Below are positions 39,780-52,800 of a stretch of 64,000 nt of DNA, one piece after another. Source of the DNA: Octopus bimaculoides. Taxonomy: Eukaryota. The notes beneath the pieces are model-generated. The model ran no database searches, was not told where the DNA came from, and worked only from the letters and a program-made list of their open reading frames with translations. The first letter of the stretch is position 1. The number at the start of each line of letters is the position of its first letter. The stretch lies in NCBI RefSeq assembly GCF_001194135.2, contig NC_068985.1, positions 122,094,759-122,158,758 of the forward strand, written 5' to 3'. A program made the translations under genes and the position numbers.

Positions 39780-40790
39780 AGAGACTAATGTCTCTATTGC
39801 GACTATCAACCTTTTACGGAAGCATCAGATGTAGTATGCAAGAGAGAAGACTGCATTGGTATGGTCATGTGATACATATGGAGATCAGCTACATAAAGAT
39901 GTGCCAATTTCTAATTGTGGAGAGAACCTGTGGAAGAGATAGACCCAAGGTGTGGGACAAAGTGGTGAAAAATGATCTTCAGATGTTGAACCTCAGAAAC
40001 GTGACAAGGGACCAAGACTTCTGACAAATTGCTGTGCTTGAGAAGACACATCAAGCTAAATAAAATCGTGGCCATACATAAAGGCAATGTCCTTGTAGCC
40101 ATGTCCGCTTCCATACACACTCAAGTTGTCCTTTGTCAACACAACAATTGTTCCCAACATCCCACTTCCCCCCATCCATGATCACCACCTGTTGCAGAAC
40201 CCTCGACTTTGCCTCAGATGCCTATCTGCACACTCTCCATACCTTCACATGTCTACATAGCCTTCAATTTCTCTCACCATCAATTGCTACAATCACCATT
40301 TTGCTATCTCTAAACATCTCTTGTCACACTCTTATGAAACATCCCCTATCCCCTCTGTACTCCTTAAGTTCCCTCTACTGTAGCTTGTGGATATGTCCTG
40401 ATGCATCTCCAGCACCATCGACTTCTCTCTCTCTTTCTCACTCTGTCTTGCTATCTTTCCCTCTGACTCTACCTCTCCTTTCTTTTCCTACTGGAATAGC
40501 TAAGTATCTCCTCTATAGTAAGACACCTCTCTTTACCCTCCCTCTTCCAGCTGAGGGGTCTTTGTCTTGCAAGTTACTTGGTGATGGGGCCTCATAAAAA
40601 GCACTAGTGCTGGTCCCACATAAAAAGCAGCCAGTACACTGTTAAATGGTTGGAATTAGGAAGGGGTCCAGTCTTAAAAACCATGCCATAACAGACAATG
40701 GAGCTTGGTGTAGTTCTCTGGCTTACCAGTTTCTGTCACACTGTCCAACCTATGCCAGCATAGAAAATGGATGTTAAATAATGATGATGA
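39780..40790 (+). mobile_element. Old RTE LINE 3' fragment
   Basis: The translation [11 protein letters not shown]...RGRDRPKVWDKVV is followed by a decayed RTE 3'UTR ending ATGATGATGA. Confidence 0.65.
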
Positions 40791-42949
40791 TTTAATACCA
40801 CCACTCATTCGGATCGGGTTTCTAGTATGAAGTTAAGCCATGTATAATCAAAGGGTTAAGTCAATTGCATATTATTATCCTTATCACCTAAGTATCACCA
40901 CAAGAATAGATAGGTTGCTGATTGTCTGTAATAATATTAATAGAATGAAAGATGTGAAAAAAAGATGTGTATGATATTTGACATTATGAATATCAATCTG
41001 AGACAAATCCACATATCTTTCAATGGCAGAGTAATATAAACATTGTTTGAGTACTGTCAGTGACTTTATTACTCTTTTTTCTATCTTAGATTGATGCTAT
41101 TAATGACTAATATAATTTATATTAAAATTTTAATGGTTTGTTTAGAAAATATGTGTATATCAATGTACTGTGAGACATGGAAATTAACATTCCTTCAAAC
41201 TCTTTCACAGCTTTTTTTCTACATACCCATACATACCTTAAAATATTTAGAACTTCCACTTTTCTGGATAGAGTAACACAAGGATCTGTGTTCTTAACCA
41301 CTCTTTCCAACTTAAACTACATCATCATCTTTCACATCCTCAAAACTTACACACAACCTCACATTTACATCCCTACAAAATTCTTCAGATACAATTGTGT
41401 GACTACTCTCTGCATCATGATGATAATGATGCATAGTCACTGTTTTATGTTCTTTATAGTTTGCTGTGTGAAAATTGGGGTCCCAAACAGAGCTGGCTTA
41501 ACCCACGACAGGTCCTCTCTGTTGACTAAATGTGATACTTGCAGGGCTGATATTCAGTCTCCTATACCAATCGTACAAAATGTATCCTCTTCTCTCTGTT
41601 ATGATTGTTTGGTGAATAAACTCAGGAGCAGTAGCGTGTAGTATATAATGTATAAAAGTTCAGCTGGAAGTGATTCTGGTTGCTGATGCTGCTGAAAATC
41701 TTTATTGGGAGTATGCTTATCGTGTGTGATGTTATAGACCATTGTTGCATGGTTCTGGGCGACTGAGTGTATTATAAATGAAGCAAACTTACAAATGTTC
41801 AACAATATTTATTGAGAGAAATGATTTACTGTGTTGGCTTAAACATTAGCTATCTAGAAAAGAAAAATGAGGATACAATAACTGCTGCACATTGTTAAAG
41901 CTTAGAGAAGAGAAGTGTGCTGTCTTGTTGAATGCTATCTGTGAAATGGCCTAGCATGAAACCGGTTCGTAATGCGAAAAATGAGTGGGGACCGTTAAAA
42001 CAGCCAGACTAACTGGGGCTATACATTTCTTGATAGTTTTGTGCACTGCAAAATCTCAAAAGATGTTGTCGGACATTAGGCCACTAACATTATTCCACAT
42101 ATCAACAGCTATTTGCAGTTGTATGTTAGTGATTGTGTCGAATATACGCGGCGAAATGTTTTGACACTTGACAGTATACAATACTTTCACTAAATAAAAC
42201 AAACGTAAAAATATTGGCTTATTTGTGTTTTAAAGGACTATCATGGAACTTCCAGCTTATGTTTATATTTCCTGCTGTCAGAAGTAAAGACAACAAAACT
42301 AGTTGCTTTAATTCTCATCTCAAGATACAAAGACTCCAAGGCTTCTAAGACTTCACAAGACGAAATATATATGAATATAATTCCATATATTTATTTATTC
42401 AGGACACAAGGTATATACAGGGAAGTTCCAGGCTATAGCAAATGTGTGTTGTGAGGAGAAGAGGGATCGAAGCACGTCATATTCCATTTTCCCTACAGCA
42501 TATAAACTTTACCAATCTCAGGGACTTCACTGTATAATTTTTTACCAATGCAGAGTACCACCGGTTTCCTCAATCTACTACTATAAATCATTGAAGAAAG
42601 TATTCGCTGAGACTTGTGATGGTCTGCGTGGGTAAAAATTATGAGATGAAATTCATAAGTCTGGGCAAGTTCGTATACAGGGAGAAGATGAATCAGACAT
42701 TTTGTAGCTCTGCCTTCGTCCGAAAGGAAAATGTTTTTTCAATCCCACTGAAGCGTTTTTGTCGAAGGAAGCGTGTTTGCAGGCGCTCGACCGACAAAAA
42801 GTTTCCCCTCATATCATATCCTACTGATTACATTGGATAATGTAGACCTATATGTATTATATCTAAACAACAAAAAAGATCATGATGGTTACGTCTGGGA
42901 TGTTTTTGATCACAGATCCGCTTGATCAGGGATGCTCTGGGGCTAAACG

Positions 42950-43158
42950 ATAATAAATAAACGTTTCCCGGACTTCTGTAACTTTAACTCGCGTTACCCA
43001 GAAGCTTATCTCCCTTGAAAATCATAGGTGGCACAACGTGTTTCGTTTTTAAGGCAACGTTTAGAAACGGAAGTCAAACGTAAAATTAACCGAACTTCTT
43101 GGAAGAAAGTTTTGTACTGTACTTTGTAGAATTCTGTTGTTTCTCAGGAGGAACAATT
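42950..43158 (+). promoter_or_regulatory. SNU13 promoter / 5'UTR region
   Basis: CpG-rich segment with an ETS-like ACGGAAGT motif, directly upstream of ATG|GTAAGA. Confidence 0.5.
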
Positions 43159-43806
43159 ATGGTAAGAATCATTATATATTTTTCATTTCAATAATTTTAT
43201 TAATGATTTATGTATTAAAAACTGTACACGCCTTATTTGTTGTGTCTCCAAGTATAAGTAAATTAAATTTTATAACCAGCATGGTCACAACGGGCCGCTT
43301 TAAATGCTGTATTTATTACCTTGTACCTCAGTAATAAATAAAAGCAAAGCAAGTTCAGCCCTCCACCGCATTAGTTGATGACAAGACAAGTACCCGTGAC
43401 AAACACTCTAAAAACGTTGGCATTATAGTGATAGTACATCATATTTAAGTCCACTCACCGCACAATTCGAATATATTTGTCATGCCTTTACTGTTGTATG
43501 TAAACAGTATTTCTTTTTCGGTAATTATGAAATTATTTTAGGACTTTTCGAGAGTAAGGTGTCTAAAATCCAGACATTCAAAAATTTATTAGGAAAGTAT
43601 TACGTAATAGATTAATCTCGAATCGAGTAGATGAAGACCATAAATAAATTGTAGATTCCAAGCATTAAAAACGTTGCGTAGATTAGTGATGCCAGATCTA
43701 ATAAATGAAGACGATACATAATAGTTTTTTAAAGTTTACACATATATAAACTGGGTATCGTAAGTTTTTTTGGAAATTGAAATTTCTAACTAGGACAATC
43801 CAGTTC

Positions 43807-43838
<32 letters not shown>

Positions 43839-46800
43839 GCACAGGACAGCTTTTCAAAACTCATTCATAAACCTCCATGATACCCACGTGTTACTTCAGT
43901 TACGCTCCTTTTTTCACGAATTGCCCATCACTTACTAAAATGGCCTCTTTCAATAATTTTGCATTTCTCTCTATATTTCAATTTAAGAAGTCTCTGTATT
44001 TCACACATTATATAGAAGTAAATTTCAAATAAAATTATTTGTATTGTTCAATCAGATTGTATTTTCTCTTGTCATAATGGGTTTTATTGTTAATTTCTTA
44101 AGATCTAGTGAAGTTACTGCGGTCTAGATTGTTCAAACCCAAGTCAGGCTTATTCGAGCTGATCCACAGTCTTGTTAATTTCAGTAATATATTAATTGGA
44201 ATATTTTTAATAAAATATTTATTCGTAAATAATAGCTGGAAATCATTTGATTCTTGTTTGATCAGCGTGAAACGAAAATCGCAGTGAAATTTTATTCCTT
44301 ATGTTAAAATACCAATTGCGAGTATTAATTTGAAGTAACTGCTTGTTATTACCGCGTGTTTGTAATATTTCAAATTGAAGAAGGAAACTTCTGAAACCTT
44401 TGTTTTCCTTTCCATATTAAAATGAATAAATAAATATATAAAGGTCCCAATGTTGGCGCTTGATCTGCTAGAAATTACTGTCAAATTTCTCTCAAATCGC
44501 ACATTATAATTTTCAAAACCTAAAAGACATTGGATGATAACTGTCCCTGACATATTCCCTGAAAGAATATGGGTTGATCTTCGATGGAAAACTTTCTGCT
44601 TGATTTCGGTTAAGTTGGCTCTATGAATATTTCATTACATTTCTCAATACATTGATGGGGGACCGTTTCATGTCGCCCGATGATCCAGTTACATACTTTA
44701 GCCGTCTTTTGATTCGGGACCAATAGGCCTCAATGTGGTTCGTGCAAGCGCCAGCTTCAGAGTCGACGAAATTCTTTGAATGGTTAACCGTTCTGTGAAT
44801 GTAACCCAGCTGTTGTAAGTTCCTATAGCTGGCCCATTTGTCTGTATGTAACACATTTTCGATTATAACAGCTTCTAGTGTTGCTGCGTTTCTGTCGGGT
44901 ACACGCTGTAGAAATCCTTTTTTCCACAGTGTCATAGCACCCGACAAGCCACGTTTGATGGCCTTTTCTCCCTACGTGTCTCTTACATTTAAAGAGCTTG
45001 CTCTCATCTATTTCTACCTCATGACCTGGACCACCGAGCGGAGCTTTGTCTCGAAGCATCTTCCCCGAACACACTTCTCGACAAAACTCATACCACTGGA
45101 TCGCGGTTTTGTTATCTACTCCGGTATATAAAGCCGCAATCGATATAGGTGCCTCGAACACGAAATGGAAGACAATGTGAAATATTTTCTGTAAGGACAA
45201 CTTTGACTTTTCCATAAAAGTCTTTGTCCTTTTAGAGATATTTTTCTTACAATTTCCGCACCGACACACAAATCCATCCACCGATCTGGCCGACGTCTCC
45301 AAAGTCATATCGTGTGTGCAAACACGTTTTACTGGTGGCAAATAATGCCGTTGGTTTTCAAAAACTCTATTATTCCTTTTGTTTTCGCAAAAAAAAAATT
45401 TCCGTTAAAAGTGAAAAATGAAAAAAATGAGGAGGGGGGATTTAAATTTTGAAGTTGCGATTTTTGAATATTTTTTCGGAGTCTCCATAGCCTAAAACGT
45501 GGGATTCCGTAAAAAATAAAATTTAAGGGGTAAGGGTTCCATTAACATATCCTCCATCTGGACCGTCCTGTAATGTCTTCTAAGTAAGGAGTAGAGCATT
45601 TCAACCCATTTCTGTAAAAGTTTGTTGGTTGTCGAATTTGCTGCAAGGCTTTCAAAAGTTTATAATTGTTGAAGATTCTGTAGTGTCTTCTGGGTACAGA
45701 TTATCTTCTTGTTACCAATAGCAATCAGAATCATATCATTAAAGGAAACAGTGTTGCAATCTGTTCGGTTTTTTGTGTTGTTATCCAGACCTGAGACAAC
45801 TGGGAAAAAAATGAAGCAAGCATATTCCGTTGGATGTGCAGTATATTGTGTGCGTGAAAGACTTAGTACAAAATGTGCTGAGAGAAAAACAGGTTATTAG
45901 AGGAGACTGAATGTGTGCAAAAAAGAAGACTGCATTGGTATGGACATGTGGATGAGAACAGCGATATAAAGAAATGCCTATCACTTGATTTGGGTGGAAC
46001 TTGTAGAAGAGGGAGATCCAGGAAGATGTGATGGAATGGTGAAGACTGATCTCAGGACCTTAACCCTTTAGCATTCAGATTACTTTAACAAACGTAATGC
46101 TTATTTATTCACATTGTTTTGAATTAATCATTCATTATCTCATAGTTTCAAGATTTCAATGATGTGATAGTTTTATTCTTAGACTGGGGTAAGTAGGAAA
46201 GATTGGATTTGGTCAGTTTGAACATAAAACAAGTAGAATATTGTCAACTGGTTAAGCCTCATGGAGGAGATGACTGGCAATATGCAGTTCTCAAGAAGAC
46301 CCACCCAAAACCGAGTTCTGACTGTACTGTGTGTATAGATATATATGTGCAATTAGGCCCTTCACCCGATTTCCATCTGCTTCAACACACAACCAGACAC
46401 TCTTCTTGTCACCAACTCTCACCTGTTTCCAACCAAGGTAACTCCCTGTGACCAGACATTTTTTTGTGGAAGATTGGAAATGAAGGACTCTGCTTGCATG
46501 ACATTGACATTTGTTTACAACTCTCAGGCGAAGTGAAGGCAAGGAAACAATGACACACATACTTCTACATACACACACGCTCTTTGAGTTTCTGTCTACG
46601 TAATCTACTCAAAAGGCTTCAGTCAGTCTGTGGCTATAGTAGAAGACATTTTCTCTAGGTGCTATACAGCGGGACTAAACCCAAAACCATGTGGTTGAAA
46701 AGCAAATTTCTTATTACACAGCCTATGGATGGGTATTAAAAGTGGAGGAAGGGAGGAATCAGTTTCTGTATATTGAATTTTTATATGAAAGGACTTTTGA

Positions 46801-49800
46801 AATTTTAATTAATATACAAATTAAGTAATGAGATTATAATTTTTCTCACTTGTTATTTTTCATTTTTAGACTGAAGAAGTAAATCCTAAAGCCTATCCCT
46901 TATCGGATCCTCAGTTAACTCATAGCATTTTGGATCTTGTACAACAGGCCTCAAATTACAAGCAGTTAAGGAAAGGAGCAAATGAAGGTGAGTTTTTAAT
47001 TGGAAATATGTGATTGACATGTCAAAGTTTATAATTGAAACATATTACAACAATATATTTTTAGTTTATATTTAGGGATTATTGCAGTGAATAAAGCAAG
47101 AAAATATGTCACACTAATTTTTAATGTTAATTTAGGGCTAAGTCAGTCCTCTTCAAGGAGACTTGTGATCAAAGACTTCCAGTTATGACAATTCTGTTTT
47201 GTTTTTTTCCTGTTATAATTTAAGATTGCATTAATTGATGTGTCCTTTTCATCTTTAAATGGTAAGCATTTGAAGAGTGTTTTACTTATTTTTAATAGGT
47301 CAAATGGTGGTTGAGGCTTTTTCATTTGCTAAAAAAATTGTGTTTTAATTAAGAAATATAACATGAAATTAGAAATAGAAGTTAAATAACATGACTATAT
47401 ATGAAATAGTCCTCAAAATTTGTCTGCATAGGCAAAGTAAGAAAATAGATATATTACCAAAAATAAAAAAAAGAATTTTAATATAACTAATGAGAGAATA
47501 TGAAATGGTATTCATGCACAACTTAGTTGATGTCTGGGCTCTTTCAGAATTCTTTAAAGTGCAAATATGAAGCTTCAATTTCAAATTTAGACTTTGCATA
47601 AATGTGTTTTGCATTTGAAATAAAATAATTTTTTTAAGGTTTAGAAAAGACAATTATTTGAGTATTTATAATGCCTGGCATCAAGTTAAACTTGGGACAA
47701 ATTTTCAGTGCAGGAATTTTGCAAGCAACCAATGTAGAGATCTTACATACACATACTAGCTATTTAGTTACAAGATTACAGGGTCTAGGCAATAAAGACA
47801 ATGATATACCAGTTCATGAAGCTCTATGTAAGTTCTATGATAACTTGCCTCTGTAAATAGCAGTATCATAAAAAAAAAAAATAATGAATGTGTCATTAGC
47901 CTACAATTCTCAATTCAGCTTTTCCTCCTGTAAATGTGACCTGTAGAGAATTTGTATCCCGTTGATTTTCTCTAGAATTCAGTATATTATATGATCCCGA
48001 TCATTAAAAGTCAAGTGATTGGATTATCTGGCAACAGGTAAATCATAGAGCTATGATAAATGAAGTAATTCAAATATTGCAGAAATCAAAGCCGGAGGTA
48101 TCGTCACTTTAGCCTTAAAATTGGCGCATTGGTTATCTGTTTAATCTGACTACTTGATTAACTTTTAACTGTAATCACTATATTTGTCCATATTCCACAA
48201 GAATTGACTACATGGGCTTAAGAGAATTAGGAGTGGAAAAATTATTTAATAGCAGCAATGATGCATAAGTTAGTATGCAGTCATAAAGATGAAGGATGGG
48301 ACCAGTATTGTATTTGAATAGAAGATTGAGTGCATCAGGAGTTAGTACTAGGCCTACAGACTATTTGTATTTGAGGGTTTGCAATTGGTGGTGGGGGGGG
48401 TTATCTGGGAATTATTCTATGCGCACAATCTAACATTCATAACGAAGAGATGACGAATAGGTGGAACAGGCACAGGCAGCCCTTTTTTTTTTGTTTTTTG
48501 AGAAGTGGGCTGCACTACTAAAACAATAAATACAAGGTAATTTTTCATTGGACATTCCATTCAGAAAGTCCCATGGGCTGGAGTTTGCCCATGACTGAAG
48601 TAGAAAAAATATATAGAGATAAAAATATGAAATTGAATAGGCGAATATTAGAAAGAGGGAAGTGATGGCAAGTGAGCAGTAACAGGAAGGTGGCAGTGTT
48701 GTGGCTTGATTTAATAATGTGAGAGGATTATTAACTAGTGCAATTGCTACAGTTTGGTGTAAGCTGTGTATGGAGGGAATACTGAACTGGATCTTGGGAA
48801 TGACATGAAAGTGGAGGGTGTGAAAGCATTTTGTTGCCTTTCAATAAGCTTTTGTGAAAGCTTGTTGTAAGCAGAAAGTGAATAAGACTGGAACCCAGTT
48901 GCTAGAGTAAGGGACACAAGGAAGAGGTTCTGGAAACTGAGTACTGTGGTAAGAAAAGGGCGTATTGCTGAAATCATTGAATTAAATGCTTTATACCATA
49001 ATAAATTGTTTTAATGTTTTAAATTATTTTTACAGTCACAAAAACTCTTAACAGAGGAATATCAGAGTTTATAGTACTTGCAGCAGATGCAGAACCTTTG
49101 GAAATATTACTTCACCTTCCTTTACTCTGTGAAGACAAGGTCAGTGTCAGTTTTTATATCTATCACAAAGCTCTTTTTTTGGAAAAGAGTGGCCATATAA
49201 ATTGACTTCTTGTGTTATAATACATGTTTTTTCTCATTGCCTTTGAAGTTGGGTTTGTCTTTCAACACTAAATTGAAATGTGATACACCATTTCTGTTTG
49301 GTAAGGTTCCTGAAGCTGATTTAAAACTTAAATCAAGCAATGTTCTAGAATGTAGCACCTAACTCTTCTTGTTTCAGTCTCTCTAATTAGGAAAGAAAAA
49401 ATTTATATCTGCTCTGCTTTAAGAAACAGAATGAATTAAAATTATTTTAAGAGCAAAAATAAAAATGTGTTCAAATTTCCAGATCTGTATCACTCAAAGT
49501 AACATTTTGCTGGTTGTCTTCACATAGTGGTGTTAAAAGAATCTGTGGAGCTATAAAGTAGACACTCCTTTCTTGGTTCCCTCACATAGCCAGTTCAGAG
49601 AGAATAAAAGAAATTGACACTAGTATTTTACTGGTATGTCATTTGCTAACCCCTGAAGGGAGAAAAAAAAAAGAAAATTTGCTTCTCTACGATTTAAACT
49701 TAGTGCACAGAGAGCCAAAATGAATACTGTAATGTATTCTTGTTGACATGCTAATGCATGTCATTTTGCTGCACAGTCAGCTTTTATTGATCATATATTA

Positions 49801-52800
49801 ATGAAGTGCAAAAGGGTTAAGGTATTAGATTACTGACTTCGTAATCAATAAGTTGACTCTACAGCTATTGGATTATACACTTAACAATCAAACTAGCTTT
49901 GCCTACTCAATCTAGTTTTATCTGTCTGAATAAAAATAGGTTCAACTCTTTTTGTTTAAATGGTTAGCCATAATAAAAGCAGTTGCTCTTATATTTTTCC
50001 ATTCAAACATGGAAAAATATATGAAAAGCAATAAAAGAAAAATAGTAAAGCAGTTTATTATATACTTTTTGTTGAGTTAAACTGTACACCAAATATGATG
50101 TCATTCTTAACCACTTATCAAGCTTGGAAGAACTGAACAGTTCTGCTGTATCTATCAATGTTCTTAACATATTGGTGAAAACCATATATTTGGCTGTAGG
50201 GGAACATGCCATTTGCTCTTTGTGTCAAGTATCTAGGGTAAATCAGTCTATTCTTCAGAATTCCATGCACAAGAGCAGTTGAACTTGGCACTGTAACCTA
50301 AAGAAACATGAATTGCAATGAGTCACTCCCACCCTATGAAGAGTATTTTATTCAGGGTCCAACCTAGTTCTAGTGATAGTTTATAAATGCCTGGTCTGAG
50401 CAAATTGTTTTGTTCCTTACCAATTCAACCAATCATATTCTGTGGAAGTTGGTGAATATTCTTGCTTGTAACTAGTCAAACACTCTTTGTTTAGGGTGCT
50501 TGAGTGAGAGCAGTAGCTACATAGAAATAAATTCTACAGTGAAAAACTGAAACTTCTTTCTACTGGTCTTAACCCTTTTGCTACCAATCCAGCTGAAACT
50601 GGCTCTGAGTACAAATGTCTTGTTTTCATAAGTTTTGAATTAAAATCTTCCCCCAAACCTTAGTCACAATTTATATTCCAAAAACTAGCTGAATGATAAC
50701 TAAGTTATTTTACTAAATTCTTTGTTGTATTTAAAGTAATTGAAAGAAACACAGAGCATCTCAAAATAAATACAGTGACGAAAGGGTTAAGCAAGTGACA
50801 ATAAAACACACAAACCACTAAAATTGTGATGATGCAGGTCACATCTTTCATGGCTTGCAGACATTGAATATCTCTGTTGCTTTGTCAATCTATTGCTTGG
50901 AGAATTAAGAAAACATTCTGCACAAACTGAAATCATATTGGCTATGAGCAATGATTAATACACTGGACACAACAAACCCTGAGCTAACAAAGTAACAGTG
51001 ATCTTGGAGGTGCAAAGAAAATTGGTTCAGGCTTCTGGCACTATTTCATTTCTCACATGTTGATATGTGGTGATACAACAGTAACTGCTCCTGCCTCAAT
51101 TTGTGTTTTCATGATCTAAATTTTATATTGATTTTTTTGTGTGCTAGCATAGGTTGACCAGGACTTAAGTCTAGGATCAGATGAACTTCCTGGTACCAAC
51201 CCTTGTTTTCAAGTAAAGAACTTATATTGGTCTTTGCATATTGAACTGCTAATCTGTGGAAATGCCATTGTTGCCCAAATGGTGTCAGTGTGAAGCCACA
51301 TTGAGACATGGACACACATATGTGAATATATGATTTTTCATCGTTTTAACATATACTTATCTATGTTCGCATGGATTCGGCAGATTTTCTATGGCCAGAT
51401 GCTCTTCCTGCTACCAACCTTCACCTGTTTCCATGTATGGTAATATTTCCCTTTGACCAGACATCTTTTCACATATTGGAAATGAAGGACACCACATGCA
51501 TGACAGTGCTACTTGGTTGCTATTATCATGTAATATCAAGGCAAGGAGATAGTAACATACACAGGCTTCTTTCACTTACTGTCTACCAAATCCAATAATC
51601 CAATCACGAGGTTTTGGTTGACCCAAGACTAGAGAAGACTCTTGCCCAAAATGCCATGCAGTGAGACTGAATTCTGAACCATATGTTGTTGGAAAGCAAA
51701 CTTACCACACAACCTTACCTGTATGCATGCTTGCACATTTATGTCTAATACAGGCTTCGATGCAGTTTTTGTCTACTAAATTTCACTCACCAAGCACTGG
51801 CTAACCCAAGGCTACATGCCCAAGGTGTCACACTAGGATCAAACCCAAAACTACATCAGATTTTTTGACCACACAGCCATGCCTGCTTCTCACAACACCC
51901 ATCTTGTTCTTTTTTATCTTACTAAATGTTGATTTAATTAATAAGTTCATTTTTTCCTTTCCTTCCAGAATGTTCCTTATGTATTTGTACGGTCTAAACA
52001 AGGTAAGGGCAATACCTTTCGTTATTTTTATTATTGGATCCAATCACTTGATGTCATTTGGCTTCTAAATATGAGACAGTATCACTGGTGATCAGTCAGT
52101 TGAAAGGACAGGAATTGTATATTGCGAAGATTCTTGTGTTGCTTGATATCACTACTACCTTTAACCTCAAAAGTGGCTGGCCGTTACCTGTTTCCTCATC
52201 ACTTTATCAACATTTGCACTGCAGATTATTTTATAAAGTCAACACACTCTTGTATCAATCTTTCCTCTGCCAGACTTATTTTCAGTCACCTTGTTTTGTC
52301 ATCACCTGCTGAGTTATATTGCCTTGAATGAAAGGGTACAACAATAGAGTAGTGAGAATCCTTTTATACTGTGAGGTACCAAGCAACCTCACTAGTGCTG
52401 ATGCTACAATGAAATGCATTAAATACTCTTTGTAAAGTGGTTGTCAAACAAGCAGAGTTTATGGTTAAGCGGACTCTTTAGTCTGTCAAGAACATGGCAA
52501 TCTTTCTAGTATTGGTATCACAATTGAATGTGCCCAGTATACTCTGTTAAGTGGTTGATGTTAGGAAAGATGTTAACCAAGCCCAAAAGAGAACACACAG
52601 ATGAGATGTAGTCTTCCAATCATCTAGAAGGGCAGTAACTCCATATAAGAACTGGATCTTTTTTAAAACGGGGGCCACATTTTTCATTAATGAAACACTT
52701 TGAAACTTGGAACACTGGTAGAATGTGTCATATAAAACATCTTTTTCTCTTAGTCTTCTTTAAAAAAAAAGAAATCCATAAATTATTCCATGTTAAAGTT

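Noticed and set aside
41455-41641. ORF end with CDTC...CYDC resembling a zinc finger
   Set aside because: No convincing splice sites or start, and no family motif; probably chance or a decayed repeat.
50800-51320. Possible CR1/L2-like RT remnant on the minus strand (SQCGF, AQGLLCP)
   Set aside because: Motifs are too degraded to support a call without a profile search.
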